In this document: one piece after another, positions 40,901 to 49,885 of the stretch
Position numbering within the stretch: the stretch's first letter is position 1
Layout of the letters: every line of letters begins with the position of its first letter
NCBI GenBank assembly: GCA_012026655.1
Contig: JAAILG010001905.1
Coordinates: 1-60,276 of the forward strand
Direction of reading: 5' to 3'
Source of the DNA: Hydrolagus affinis
Lineage: Eukaryota
Length of the DNA: 60,276 nt
The notes under the pieces: generated by a model
Told to the model about the DNA's origin: nothing
Database searches by the model: none
The model's input: the letters and a program-made list of their open reading frames with translations, nothing else
Translations under genes and position numbers: made by a program

Positions 40901-43759
40901 CGCATTCAGTTTTTGACCAAAGTCAGACACTTGGGGCTGCCCATCTTTGGAAGGTTTTGTTTAGGTTACTCTCATTTGCAATAGTTTTTGCTACAATTTT
41001 TACTTTGCATAGATTTGAATGGTGTGAACTGCTAGCTTGCGTATTGCATAGCTCCACCTCATGCTCTCGTTGATTATGAACGGGCTGTAAATCAGACTGT
41101 GTTTTTTACTGTAAACCTGTCAGAACAAATCATCGTTGCCATTCTCTGTAGTTAAGGAAAGCTATTTACACATTACCCATTACAGTTCATAAATATTTCC
41201 TTAAAAGTAATAATGGGTCAAGTCATTGCATCAGTAGCTTCCTATGTATCTCAGTAATATCTACTTGAATCCACCAAAATATTAATATGGTCCAAACGTG
41301 GAGGTGTAACAGTGATATTTCCTTTAGAAGTGACAGGCACCTTGGTTTCTTTACCCTCCCAAGTTTTGTATTTTACATGTTTTGTGTTTTCGCCATTCTA
41401 TATTCTTAGACATCAGCTAAGAATTTACAACAGAGAACTTGATACAGCACTCTATCAAATGCACTTATTATTACAGTACAAAAGTGCACAATCAGAATAA
41501 ACTAAATTACACGAGGGAGCTTTTATCTATCATCCTCAACGGTATTTGTTTGGTATATGTAGTTTGTAAACTTTGTTTTTTGATGCAGAATGTGTGACGT
41601 GCTCATTTCTGATAGGATCATTCAATGAAAAATAATAATAATCATTTGAGGATTATTATGATTGCATTTGATATAGCGCCTTATCACATCATTGAGACAT
41701 CTGAAAACACTTCACAGAATACTGTAGGTTGTAAAATGAATTGCCTGTATTTTGTGGATGAAATGTAAGCATTAACCTAAAGGTCAGACAAGGCAATCAA
41801 CTTTTTGAAATTTTGCACTATGTCGCAAATGTGTCAGGATGGGTGTTTCCTAAGAACAACAGTTCTGAGCAAAAGTTTCCAACAGTTATTTCCTATTGTC
41901 GCAATCCTAACTGAAGGGGCAAAGAGATTTTAAAAAAAACAAGAAACAGGAATAATGCATGGTTTCAGTTTGCGAATTTAACCTTTCAGATGGACCCTTT
42001 CGGTCATTTTGATTTAATAAAATGTTAATAATACGAAATTGGAAAGGCCATTGATCCCGGTTATGTAATCTCCTCGGGCCAATTCACTGAGGAGCAAGTC
42101 CACACACACAAACAGTAATTTTACGTCAGGATGCAGATTGCAATTACAATCTAATTGACTGCTTACACAACATGATGTCATTCAAGCCCCCTGGCAAGAT
42201 TACGGTGGAAAGGATAAATAAGGGGAAGAAAATTCTCGTTAAATAACGAAGAAAGGAGCTAGAGGTGAAAAAAAATGTTTTGACATCACGGGTGTTAAAA
42301 CACAGAGTACAAAATAAGGAGTAACATCCGTGAAAATAATAATAATCATAATCCTTGGAACTGATATCGTGATATTGGAACTCGACGGGATTTTACTGTG
42401 AAGTTACTGTACATTTTTAAAGCAAACGTGGCAGCCAATTTGTGAATAGCAATGTCCCGCAAACAGCTGTGAAGCGAGCAACCAATTTTTAACAGGAGTG
42501 GGTGAGGGTAGGATTGCCAGTCAGGAGACGGGGAGAAAGAAACTCCCTTCTCTTTTCTAATAGTGCCGCAGGGTGTATCAACATCCACCTGAAAGGGGCT
42601 CAAACATCTCATCCAAAGGATGTTATGTCCGACAGATCTCACAACAACACTGATGGTGGGTTGTTGGGCTGGCTGGCTGGCTGGTGGGGGGGACTGCAGA
42701 TATGTTATGGCACCTGGAATAATTAGGTGGAGAAGTCTGTGTGATTTACAGAGGTAAGCAATTCGTTATTTGGTGAAGTTTAGCTGTAGCTCAGCTGCTG
42801 TCACCCTTGGCCCTGGTGAGAAAATTCCTATCACATCTCCACCCAAATCAATCTCTTTGTCCAGTACTGTGGACAGACAGACACCTATAAACGGGTGGGG
42901 CACTCATTATAAACCTCTCCCTCCCATCTCCCAGGTGGAGGAAACTCCCTATTAATGGAGCAGGGTTAAATAATACAATCGATAGAAGCAACAGCAATAA
43001 TATATATGTAACTGTGTATAGATATATATATATTTAAAAAACACACGATGTGGGAGGGAGGGGGAGGGAGAGAAGATAAAGGAAGTTCTGTCCTGCAAAT
43101 CTGTCTGGGACTAGGGAGTGAGTTGAATCCCAACCCTGACACTTGAGCTATTGTTCAGAGGCAGGGAGCATCACTTTAAAGAGACAGTGGATAGAGACAG
43201 ACAGATTAGATAGACTACCTTCTCTGCTAAGAAACTCAGAGGGACTGTGAAAGACCCATTATTTAAGCTTATATATAATATATAGGTATATATATATATA
43301 TTTAAACACTAAAGCATTCCCACAAGCACCTGCCCATCACTCTCTCTTATATAATAAGCACAAGAAACACTTTTCACAAAAGCATTGACCAGGACTGACT
43401 AAACTAAATCAGGAGAGGACCTTGGGTGGTGGGGAGGTAAACAATTCTGAGTTTAACTCCAAAAAGTTTTTTTAAAAACAAGTACAACACGGGAAACCTG
43501 TCTCACACATGACTTACCAAAGCAACCAGAGTTAATTTGCATTCTTTTTAACGTGGAACTGGAAAGATACAGATCTTTTCACATTAAAACAAAATTGCTT
43601 TGTTTAAAAAAAAGATGGAATTGTATTTCCAGAGAGTTTAGACTCTCCCTCATTCCCCCCCCACTCTCTCTCCCCTCTAAATAAAAGACAACTGTAACTA
43701 CTCAAAAGTTTGGAAGTATTGAAAGTGAACTATTTACCTTTTGCACAGAGCAGTGACAT
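19902..43759 (-). CDS. UNC13: Munc13/UNC13-family protein (C2A-bearing, UNC13B-like but divergent), 5' spliced CDS; 3' part not found in window
   Basis: Exons of 22/30/100/118/124/68/76/160/288/(63)/64 nt join with compatible phases: [36 protein letters not shown]...[12 protein letters not shown]...EICG...[12 protein letters not shown]...DSDYRSD...[10 protein letters not shown]. These are the diagnostic Munc13-1/ubMunc13-2 N-terminal motifs. Confidence 0.9.
20677..20739 (-). CDS. UNC13: Putative UNC13-like cassette exon (63 nt, symmetric phase 2)
   Basis: Pyrimidine tract, then gtag|A ATG GCG GAA ... AAA CG|gtaaga = [20 protein letters not shown]. The frame is compatible but I see no recognisable homology. 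Confidence 0.45.
20831..20965 (-). mobile_element. SINE 3' fragment
   Basis: aataatccttgcatttgac...gacgtctcaaagcac... Confidence 0.8.
23047..23334 (-). CDS. UNC13: UNC13-like exon 9 (Ser/acidic-rich linker)
   Basis: gcag|T GCC TCC GTG ... ATT AT|gtatgt; 288 nt open, phase 2 to 2; Ser/Glu-rich with an HSC motif as in the Munc13 linker. Confidence 0.75.
25035..25550. mobile_element. Cluster of LINE2 3' fragments in alternating orientation (- 25035-25220, + 25221-25473, - 25474-25550)
   Basis: (aac)n tail at the left, (gtt)n tail at 25455-25473, and LWNS motifs in both orientations. Confidence 0.82.
26358..26427. repeat. Compound (TA)n microsatellite
   Basis: tatagatatatatactgtatatatatagatatatatactgtatata... 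Confidence 0.9.
28829..29125 (-). mobile_element. LINE2 3' fragment (second subfamily)
   Basis: The reverse strand encodes [17 protein letters not shown]...LFDRAY, the typical L2 ORF2 end. Confidence 0.87.
29170..29357 (+). mobile_element. SINE 3' portion
   Basis: ttggtcatttcaatccacaactgtttgtggg ... atcaaatgcaagg(att)n. Confidence 0.87.
30265..30470 (-). mobile_element. SINE 3' portion
   Basis: Reverse family consensus. Confidence 0.87.
30866..31025 (-). CDS. UNC13: UNC13-like exon 8 (DSDYRS motif)
   Basis: cacag|CT CCC ACA GAT ... TTA AG|gtagat = [26 protein letters not shown]..., matching Munc13 DSAVDDRDSDYRSE; 160 nt. Confidence 0.87.
31845..31920 (-). CDS. UNC13: UNC13-like exon 7 (linker)
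   Basis: tttccag|GAA AAA ... AGT T|gtaagt = [25 protein letters not shown]. Phase 0 to 1 bridges exons 6 and 8. Confidence 0.75.
32244..32311 (-). CDS. UNC13: UNC13-like exon 6 (helical extension after C2A)
   Basis: cttag|AA ATC CCA GAG GAT GAA GCT ... GAA CAG|gtatgt = [23 protein letters not shown] (cf. DIPEEEARYW); 68 nt. Confidence 0.9.
33912..34020 (-). mobile_element. SINE 3' fragment
   Basis: ccttatcacatcttcgagatatcccaaagcgcttcac... Confidence 0.7.
34405..34724 (+). mobile_element. Full-length tRNA-headed SINE
   Basis: gtcctgtagctcagtggttggagcactcgcc ... ttcgaatccaggcagg ... ggattattat. Confidence 0.9.
34816..34939 (-). CDS. UNC13: UNC13-like exon 5 (C2A C-terminal part)
   Basis: ttttag|GAA GGA ... 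GCC G|gtaagg = [41 protein letters not shown]; 124 nt. Confidence 0.94.
35396..35513 (-). CDS. UNC13: UNC13-like exon 4 (C2A)
   Basis: ttcag|T GAG ATA ... ACT GAG|gtaaac = [39 protein letters not shown]; 118 nt. Confidence 0.96.
35837..35905 (-). mobile_element. LINE2 3' terminus (similar stubs near 15885, 22965, 24380, 32037, 37122, 39520, 52430, 54550)
   Basis: (aac)n aaattgcacttatatagcgcctttcacgtcaggaagacgtcccaaagcgctg. Confidence 0.85.
36395..36425. repeat. (GA)n microsatellite
   Basis: gagagggagagagagagagtgagagagagag. Confidence 0.85.
36628..36743 (-). mobile_element. SINE 3' fragment
   Basis: aataatccttgcatttgatatagcacc...gtgggcgaaac. Confidence 0.82.
36907..37006 (-). CDS. UNC13: UNC13-like exon 3 (C2A)
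   Basis: ttttccag|AC AAG TTT AAC ... ATG TT|gtatgt = [34 protein letters not shown]; 100 nt. Confidence 0.95.
37208..37378 (-). mobile_element. SINE 3' half
   Basis: (aat)n ccttgcatttgatatagcgcttttcacgtc ... cacaaacagtcgtggattg. Confidence 0.88.
39335..39364 (-). CDS. UNC13: UNC13-like exon 2
   Basis: ttttccag|TT AAA AGA GCA AAG CTG AAT GGT CCA TCT G|gtaaga = [10 protein letters not shown](D); 30 nt. Confidence 0.9.
39781..40240 (-). mobile_element. LINE2 3' fragment (about 460 bp)
   Basis: The reverse strand encodes ...[15 protein letters not shown]...[14 protein letters not shown]; (aac)n tail. Confidence 0.9.
41650..41770 (-). mobile_element. SINE 3' fragment
   Basis: ttgcatttgatatagcgccttatcacatcattgagacatc... 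Confidence 0.75.
43738..43759 (-). CDS. UNC13: UNC13-like coding exon 1
   Basis: ATG TCA CTG CTC TGT GCA AAA G|gtaaat = MSLLCAK(V), the typical Munc13 start MSLLC; 22 nt, phase 1. Confidence 0.9.
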
Positions 43760-44530
43760 TCTGCTCTCAGTAACTCAGCAATATACAGTACAGGAGTTGA
43801 TGATTCCCTCTCTCTTGTGTGTAGGTTACAAATGAGCTTGTGACAGAAGGGCACACAACTTCAATCTGTAACGAGGGAAACAGCCCCATTCATTGACTGA
43901 CACGCAGTTTAACCAGTGACACTTTCTGTAAGGCTGAGAGACTTTGCCTGCAACTAAAACAAACAACCTGTTTAACACCAATCGATTCCAGCTACTGTAT
44001 AGGCGGAGACTTTGGCAGCCCAAGTGTCTGCCTGTACCTGCTACTCAGTTTCTCAATCACTTTCTCGCCTGTGTAAGCAGCTGAAATATTCTTCTGTTGT
44101 TTCCTTGAGTAATCGAATAGCATTTCTTCACCTCACCACCCTTTCGTAACTAATTGAGAGGGTAGAGGCGGATCAAGGAACTCCTATAATAATAAGAAGA
44201 ATCCTTGGGGGGGGGCTCATATGGAACTTTATCACATCGTTGAGACGCTTCAAAGCGCTTCGCAGAAAATACTGTAAATACTGTAGATTTTGTGGCCGAA
44301 ACGTGGCAGCCAATAATTGCGCCAGGCCGCGTCCCACAAACAGTCGTGGATTGAAGTGACCAAATTAAGTCTCCCGTGGAACCATTTTCCCCAACAGAAG
44401 CAAATGAGGCAACACAGGCCACCGGGAAAGGACGGGAAGGGGAAGCAACCGGCGCGGAAATAAAATAAATACCTGATAACAGTAGAATCCAATCGTGGAA
44501 AGTGTGCAGCACAGAGCCCAGTTGCGATGC
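43760..44530 (-). promoter_or_regulatory. Candidate promoter/5' UTR region of the UNC13-like gene
   Basis: Immediately upstream of the ATG. Locally CpG-rich at 44230-44530 against a CpG-depleted background. Confidence 0.3.
44187..44370 (-). mobile_element. SINE 3' half, CpG-retaining; an opposite-orientation fragment lies at 44537-44625
   Basis: gagacgcttcaaagcgcttcgcag...gtcccacaaacagtcgtggattgaagtgacc. Confidence 0.8.
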
Positions 44531-45065
44531 CATCGATCAATTCACTTTACAGTGTATTCTGTGAAGTGCTCTGAGACAAATTGAAGATGTGGAAAGTGCT
44601 GTATGAAATGCAAGTATTATTATTGTACTGCAAAGCAGATTGACTGCATATTCTGTGGGTGAAATGTACACGGTTTAACTACCTTTCTCCGATTCTCCTT
44701 TGTGACAGTCAACAACTCACATGAACCGACAAATGGCAAATGGTGTACTCACCTGAGGATTTCAGAAAGACAAGGCGACATGGGAATAGAAATCTAAATA
44801 TCGAAGACAGAGGTTGATTTCAAAACGTTTCAGACGTTTGGTAACACACACAAGCAAATGCACCACGGTTCGATATCAGAGAAAGAATATTAATCGTCAT
44901 GTGTTTTTAATGAATAATTCTATGGAAGTGATTTGTGCAGTTTATATGTCCCAAGCTTTATAATTTTGCTTTCTTTCTTAATTAATGTCACTTTAATGAT
45001 GTCTGTAGGTACATGCAGCATAATGGACAAATCTAGTGGCATTTTAAAATGTGTTTATTCCTAGT

Positions 45066-45355
45066 GGAGTCCTGTAGCTCAGTGGTGAGAGCACTCGCCT
45101 TGCAAGTGTTCCTGTGTTCCGATTCCCGGCCAGGGCGAAACCTTGGGCAAGTTTCCTCGCTCCACACACCTGATAATAAACCCTACGAGGAAAAAAACAA
45201 TAATAAAATGGTCATTTCAATCCATGTCTGTGCGCAATTGGCTGCCGCGCTTCGTCCACAAATATACAGTCAATTCACTTTGCATTATATTCTTTGAAGC
45301 GCTTTGAATCATGTAGAAGATGTCATAAACGCCTCATCAAAAGGATTATTATTAT
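45066..45355 (+). mobile_element. Near full-length tRNA-headed SINE
   Basis: ggagtcctgtagctcagtggtgagagcactcgccttgcaag head, core with an internal deletion, and att tail. Confidence 0.88.
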
Positions 45356-46584
45356 CCCAAAGAAACTTATCGCTAATTGTTTATCAAATCCTCTGTTCAA
45401 AATGAATAACTCATGTTTTCTCTCTTGAAATGTTTCTTTTATATTGTAAGTATGTTCTGGTATTTTCTAAACCAGTGCTTACTTTAGATTAAAGGATCGC
45501 AAGGGAGCTAAGGGTAAAGAAAATGGGCTTTGTTAGGAAAAGTGCTCCATTCCTCATGTCAGATGTCAATATTGTTTCAAACAGTCAATACAAACTGCAA
45601 ACTCTGTCAAGTTCTGAAAGATGATGTTTTATTAATTTAAAGATAAGATGAGGGTTTGAGATTGGCCAGAAGGGGTTTAACATGGATAACGCATTACCAT
45701 CAGCACACTTCACCCCGATGACAGATAGCAAAAATGATCAATTATTTCAAACAAATTACACTGAAAACAATATCAATCTCACTGTCAACATTCATTGACA
45801 ATATTCATTGAACCTAGACAAGGCAGTGTGATATTACTGTTGTTTTGGTCATCCAGATTAGTAGAATTTGGAATTTGGAAAACATATGCTGAGAAAACAA
45901 ATCTTGGTACAAATTGGTGCAGTTTCAGATTTGAGTGAATACCGTACATGCCACGTTTAATTAAACAGGAGAATCATTTGCTGTGGTTTCAATCTTTAAT
46001 TACTTGCTTCCTTCACAAAAAGCTTTCACCGAATTACCCACCAACGTCAGAATAAAAAGAAAAAGATAACAAAAAAGAGAGCAAGTACTTTAAGAACAGA
46101 TTTCCAATACTCTGAGGAGTGAGTAGTAATGATCTGCGGAGAGAGACACCCAAGTACTTGCCTAACAATCATCATCTGTTTCAAGTCAATTGGGAAAAGT
46201 GTCTGGGGGGAGAGAAAACTACACCATGGCAGGATCCCAGGGGGATTCAGAAATGCAAGGCAGATGTTATTGTGAGCATTACAGATCACTGAGACATCCA
46301 CAGAATGCTGCTCTTTCTGTTTTCAAAACGGGTTAATATTTAGAGATCATTTTAACATATTCAATTATTCCCTGAACATTGGAAAAGGCAACTTTTACTT
46401 TTTTTAAAAAAAAAGCACCTGTGTTTTCTGTTGTTGCTTAATCATGTTTATAAAAACACCGATGTGCAAATAAACATCAAATGTGTATACTCTGAGGGAA
46501 ACAGATTTTACTGGATTACTCAACCAAACATAATAGATTGGCCGCTGCCTGCAATAATAATAATACTAATCACTGATTGCAAGT

Positions 46585-46860
46585 ATAATAACAAAGATTT
46601 TTACGTCTTCTAGATATCTCAAAGCTCTTCACAAAACCTACTGTAAAGTGAGTTAACTGTATATTTTTGGGCGAAACACTCCAGCCAATTGCGCACAGCG
46701 GTGTTTCACAAACAGTCGTGGATTGAAGTGACCAATTTTATTCTTGAGGGCTTATTATCGGGTGAGTGGAGTAAGGGAAACCTGCCCAAGGTTTCGCCCT
46801 GCCAGGAATCTACCCCAGGTCTCTGGCTTGCGAGAGCTAGAAGACTTACTAGTTACTCTT
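46585..46860 (-). mobile_element. SINE, diverged near full-length copy
   Basis: Core gccaattgcgcacagcggtg...gtcgtggattgaagtgacc and ...aacctgcccaaggtttcgccc. Confidence 0.85.
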
Positions 46861-47989
46861 CATTTTGCTTTTTGGTCACTCGTTTGTCTGACACATGCAG
46901 GAACTGAACGCCATTCCCTCCCTGGAGAAGGGACACATCTTGGTTCCCTAATTCCGAAAAGTATTAGACGCAGGTTGGCAAGAGCCAAGGACGTGTGCGT
47001 ACAAAATAGTAAAATGTTGGATTTTCTAACTCCTCACCCCACAGGAAACCAGAACCACACCAACTACACCTGTAAATATCCATATAGGGATCTGAAAGAT
47101 GCTGGAAACAGTAGAGAGTGGAAACTGCTGCAACTTTCCTTACCAGTAGGAATAATTATTGTAACTATACATACTACTTGTATTGGAAAACCTCACTTCT
47201 AAAAAAAACAACTTTTTTTTATTGCAGTCTGCCAGTGCATGTAATGTGTGCTTACATACTAGTGCCCTTATCTATGCGTTTCACTTCAGTGTTTGAGCAT
47301 TGTAAACACACCTCGGGGAGTGCGAATGTAAGGGTTTTTGCTTACTTTAAAAAAAATCTGTACTTTTTGTACTGAACTTTCTGCAGGAAGTGAGTGGAAG
47401 CACTCTGCAATATAGATGCACTGTAATAGTTCATGCATGATCTATGAGCGAAGGGCAGATTTGAACCTTTCCCAATTACCACGCTTTCTTCTGCTCTCGT
47501 TCCCTGGTTTTACACATATGCAAGTACTGTATTTTAACTGCCCAAATGAGTCACAGAAAGTACACTTGCATTTCAAACGGTAATATATTGTGTATGTGTT
47601 TGCTAAGCTGGGCTGTGCTTTATTCAAGTCAGAGATAACTTGAAAGAGAGAGTAAAAAAAATTGTGGCTCAATGGACTGGGTTGTTAAAATGGTGCATAT
47701 TTTAAAATCTTGTCACAATTTTTATGACCTAACGGCCATTTGATCAATCACATCACAGTGAGTATGTTTGATGATTAGTGGTCTCAATATGTTCTCACTC
47801 TGTAATTTGATGGCCTGGAGTCATAGCTTAATGGCACTCACATTCGTGATGTGAATGGTAACAGGTTCGTAATAATCTTCTAGAATATGAAATGAACTGC
47901 ACAAGGATCTTAGGCAAATTGCATGACCTTTTCTGTGCATTAAAATTAAACAACAAAAACGTAGTTGTAGATCCACAAAGTACGCAATA

Positions 47990-48240
47990 AAATTTACATT
48001 TACACAAGGGCCTTTTATGGCAGGAGGATGCTGGCTGAGTACTTGGGGGGGGCAGGGAGGGTGGTGGGGAGTGCGGGGAGTCGAAGAGTGTAAGGAAGGT
48101 GGGGGAATGGTAATCTGACACTGAAAATTGAGTCATAGAGACAGGCTTTGAAAATGGAAGGGAATGAGTCAGAGGGACTTGGAATGGCATTTCCGAGAAC
48201 GGGGCAGAATGGTTGAAAGCTTATGGTAAGGAAGGACATG
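47990..48240 (-). mobile_element. Degenerate LINE2 3' fragment
   Basis: G-rich UTR, gacaggctttgaaaatgg, terminal aatttacatttac. Confidence 0.65.
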
Positions 48241-48787
48241 AACTAGATCAGTGTTTTCTGAGGTGAGGGAGCAAAACAAGCCAGCTAAGCTCTTTGAGGC
48301 ACAACCCTGTGTGGAGAGCAAGTTGTTGTTGCTGAAGGGTTGCAGGATAGTAAAGATAGCTCCCATTCCGATTAACGCTTTCATTTCTAAAATTCATTAA
48401 AACTCGAAAGGCACTGATATTTCATATCTGGGGAAGTACAGGACAATGCAAGGATTTACTGCAATTTATAGTTTATCAGTGTGTGATTTGAGGTTTAATG
48501 AACGTTGGAAATGTAGACATTAAGCGGAATGGGAGCTATCTTTATTCATTCAGGAAATCATCGAACAGAACAATGGTAAATTTGGTGGTAATTGAAGCAG
48601 CAATTCTTAACCATGCATCATATGAATCACTGGAAAGTTCAATATTTCTATAGTTTCCAGGACATACTGCACGTACATCGGGGGTAGAAATGGTAATGCA
48701 AGTTTTTCTACAACACAAAAGTGTCTTAATTTTCCAGGAATTCAGCATGATTTTATACTTTAACTCTTTATCTATCACTTATGCAGT

Positions 48788-49038
48788 CAAGGGTAAAACC
48801 TTGGGCAAGTTTCCTTACTCCACATGCTTGATAATAATCCCTCAAGAAAAAAACCCAATAATAATTTGGTCAGTCGATCCATAGTTGCTTGTGGGACACT
48901 GCTGTATGCAAATGGCTGCCACGTTTCGCCCACAAATATACAGTCAGTTCACTTTACAGTATATTCTGTGAAGTGCTTTGAGATGTCCAGAAGATGTGAA
49001 AAGCGGTTTATCAAATGCAAGGATTATTATTATTATTA
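48788..49038 (+). mobile_element. SINE, 5'-truncated
   Basis: aaaaccttgggcaagtttccttactcc ... tatcaaatgcaaggattattatt. Confidence 0.88.
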
Positions 49039-49617
49039 ACTCCTTATATTGCAATGCTGAAAGCATCCAAATACATAGTTCCTGGCCTCATGTGCTGAAA
49101 AATAAGGAAGTATTTTCTTTTAAAAACAAAGCTAATTAACTCTGCTGTACCTCATACAACTACTTAGCCTGGTATTTGGTCAGGAAGTGCTGGAAAAATA
49201 AGGAAGTGAAAAGAAGAAAAAATTATGAACTTTGGGAATATTTTTTTCCCAAAACGACAAAAATCCACCAGGCTTCCTGCTACTGATTACTTATCAGTGA
49301 CCACAGCCAAATGTGTGTCTGAGTGTTTCGGAAGGACTGAATCAAGTTCAACTGTGATGAACAGCTTCCAATTTTCGACCGCATTTTCCTCCACTGGGAT
49401 ATACAACGCCATTCACATAGTTAAAAGTCTCAAAGTGCTTTTACAGAGGTGCAAAGCGACATTAGCTCATGCAAGGTGGGATTTAGAAAGGGTGGGAGGG
49501 CCAAGGCGCAATCAAAGAGATAAGTTTTTAAGAAAGTTTTTGAAGGTTGAAAGCAAGGGTGAAAAGTGGAATGATTTAGGGATAGGACTCCAGAGAGTGA
49601 AGGCAAAGTGGCTGAAT

Positions 49618-49885
49618 GATAACAATAATCGTTGCATTGAATATAGCGCTTTTCACAACTTCTAGACGTCTCAAAGCGCTTCACAGAATATACTGTAAAG
49701 TGTATTGACTGCGTAGCTTGTGGGTGAATCTCAGCTGCCAATTGCACGCAGCAGTGTTCCACAAACAGTTGTGGATTGAGATGACCAATTAATTTTTTAA
49801 ATAATATATTGCGGGATTCTTATCAGACATGTGGAGTAAGGAAACTTGCCCAAGGTTTCGCCCTACCTGGAATCGAACCCAGGAT
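49618..49885 (-). mobile_element. SINE, 5'-truncated, abutting an L2 fragment (about 49440-49617)
   Basis: Same family consensus in reverse orientation. Confidence 0.85.

Noticed and set aside
46744-47202. 152-aa plus-strand ORF
   Set aside because: Begins within an antisense SINE, with no recognisable domain or splice support.
49225-49762. Overlapping 146-aa and 110-aa ORFs
   Set aside because: Both are composed largely of L2 and SINE sequence.
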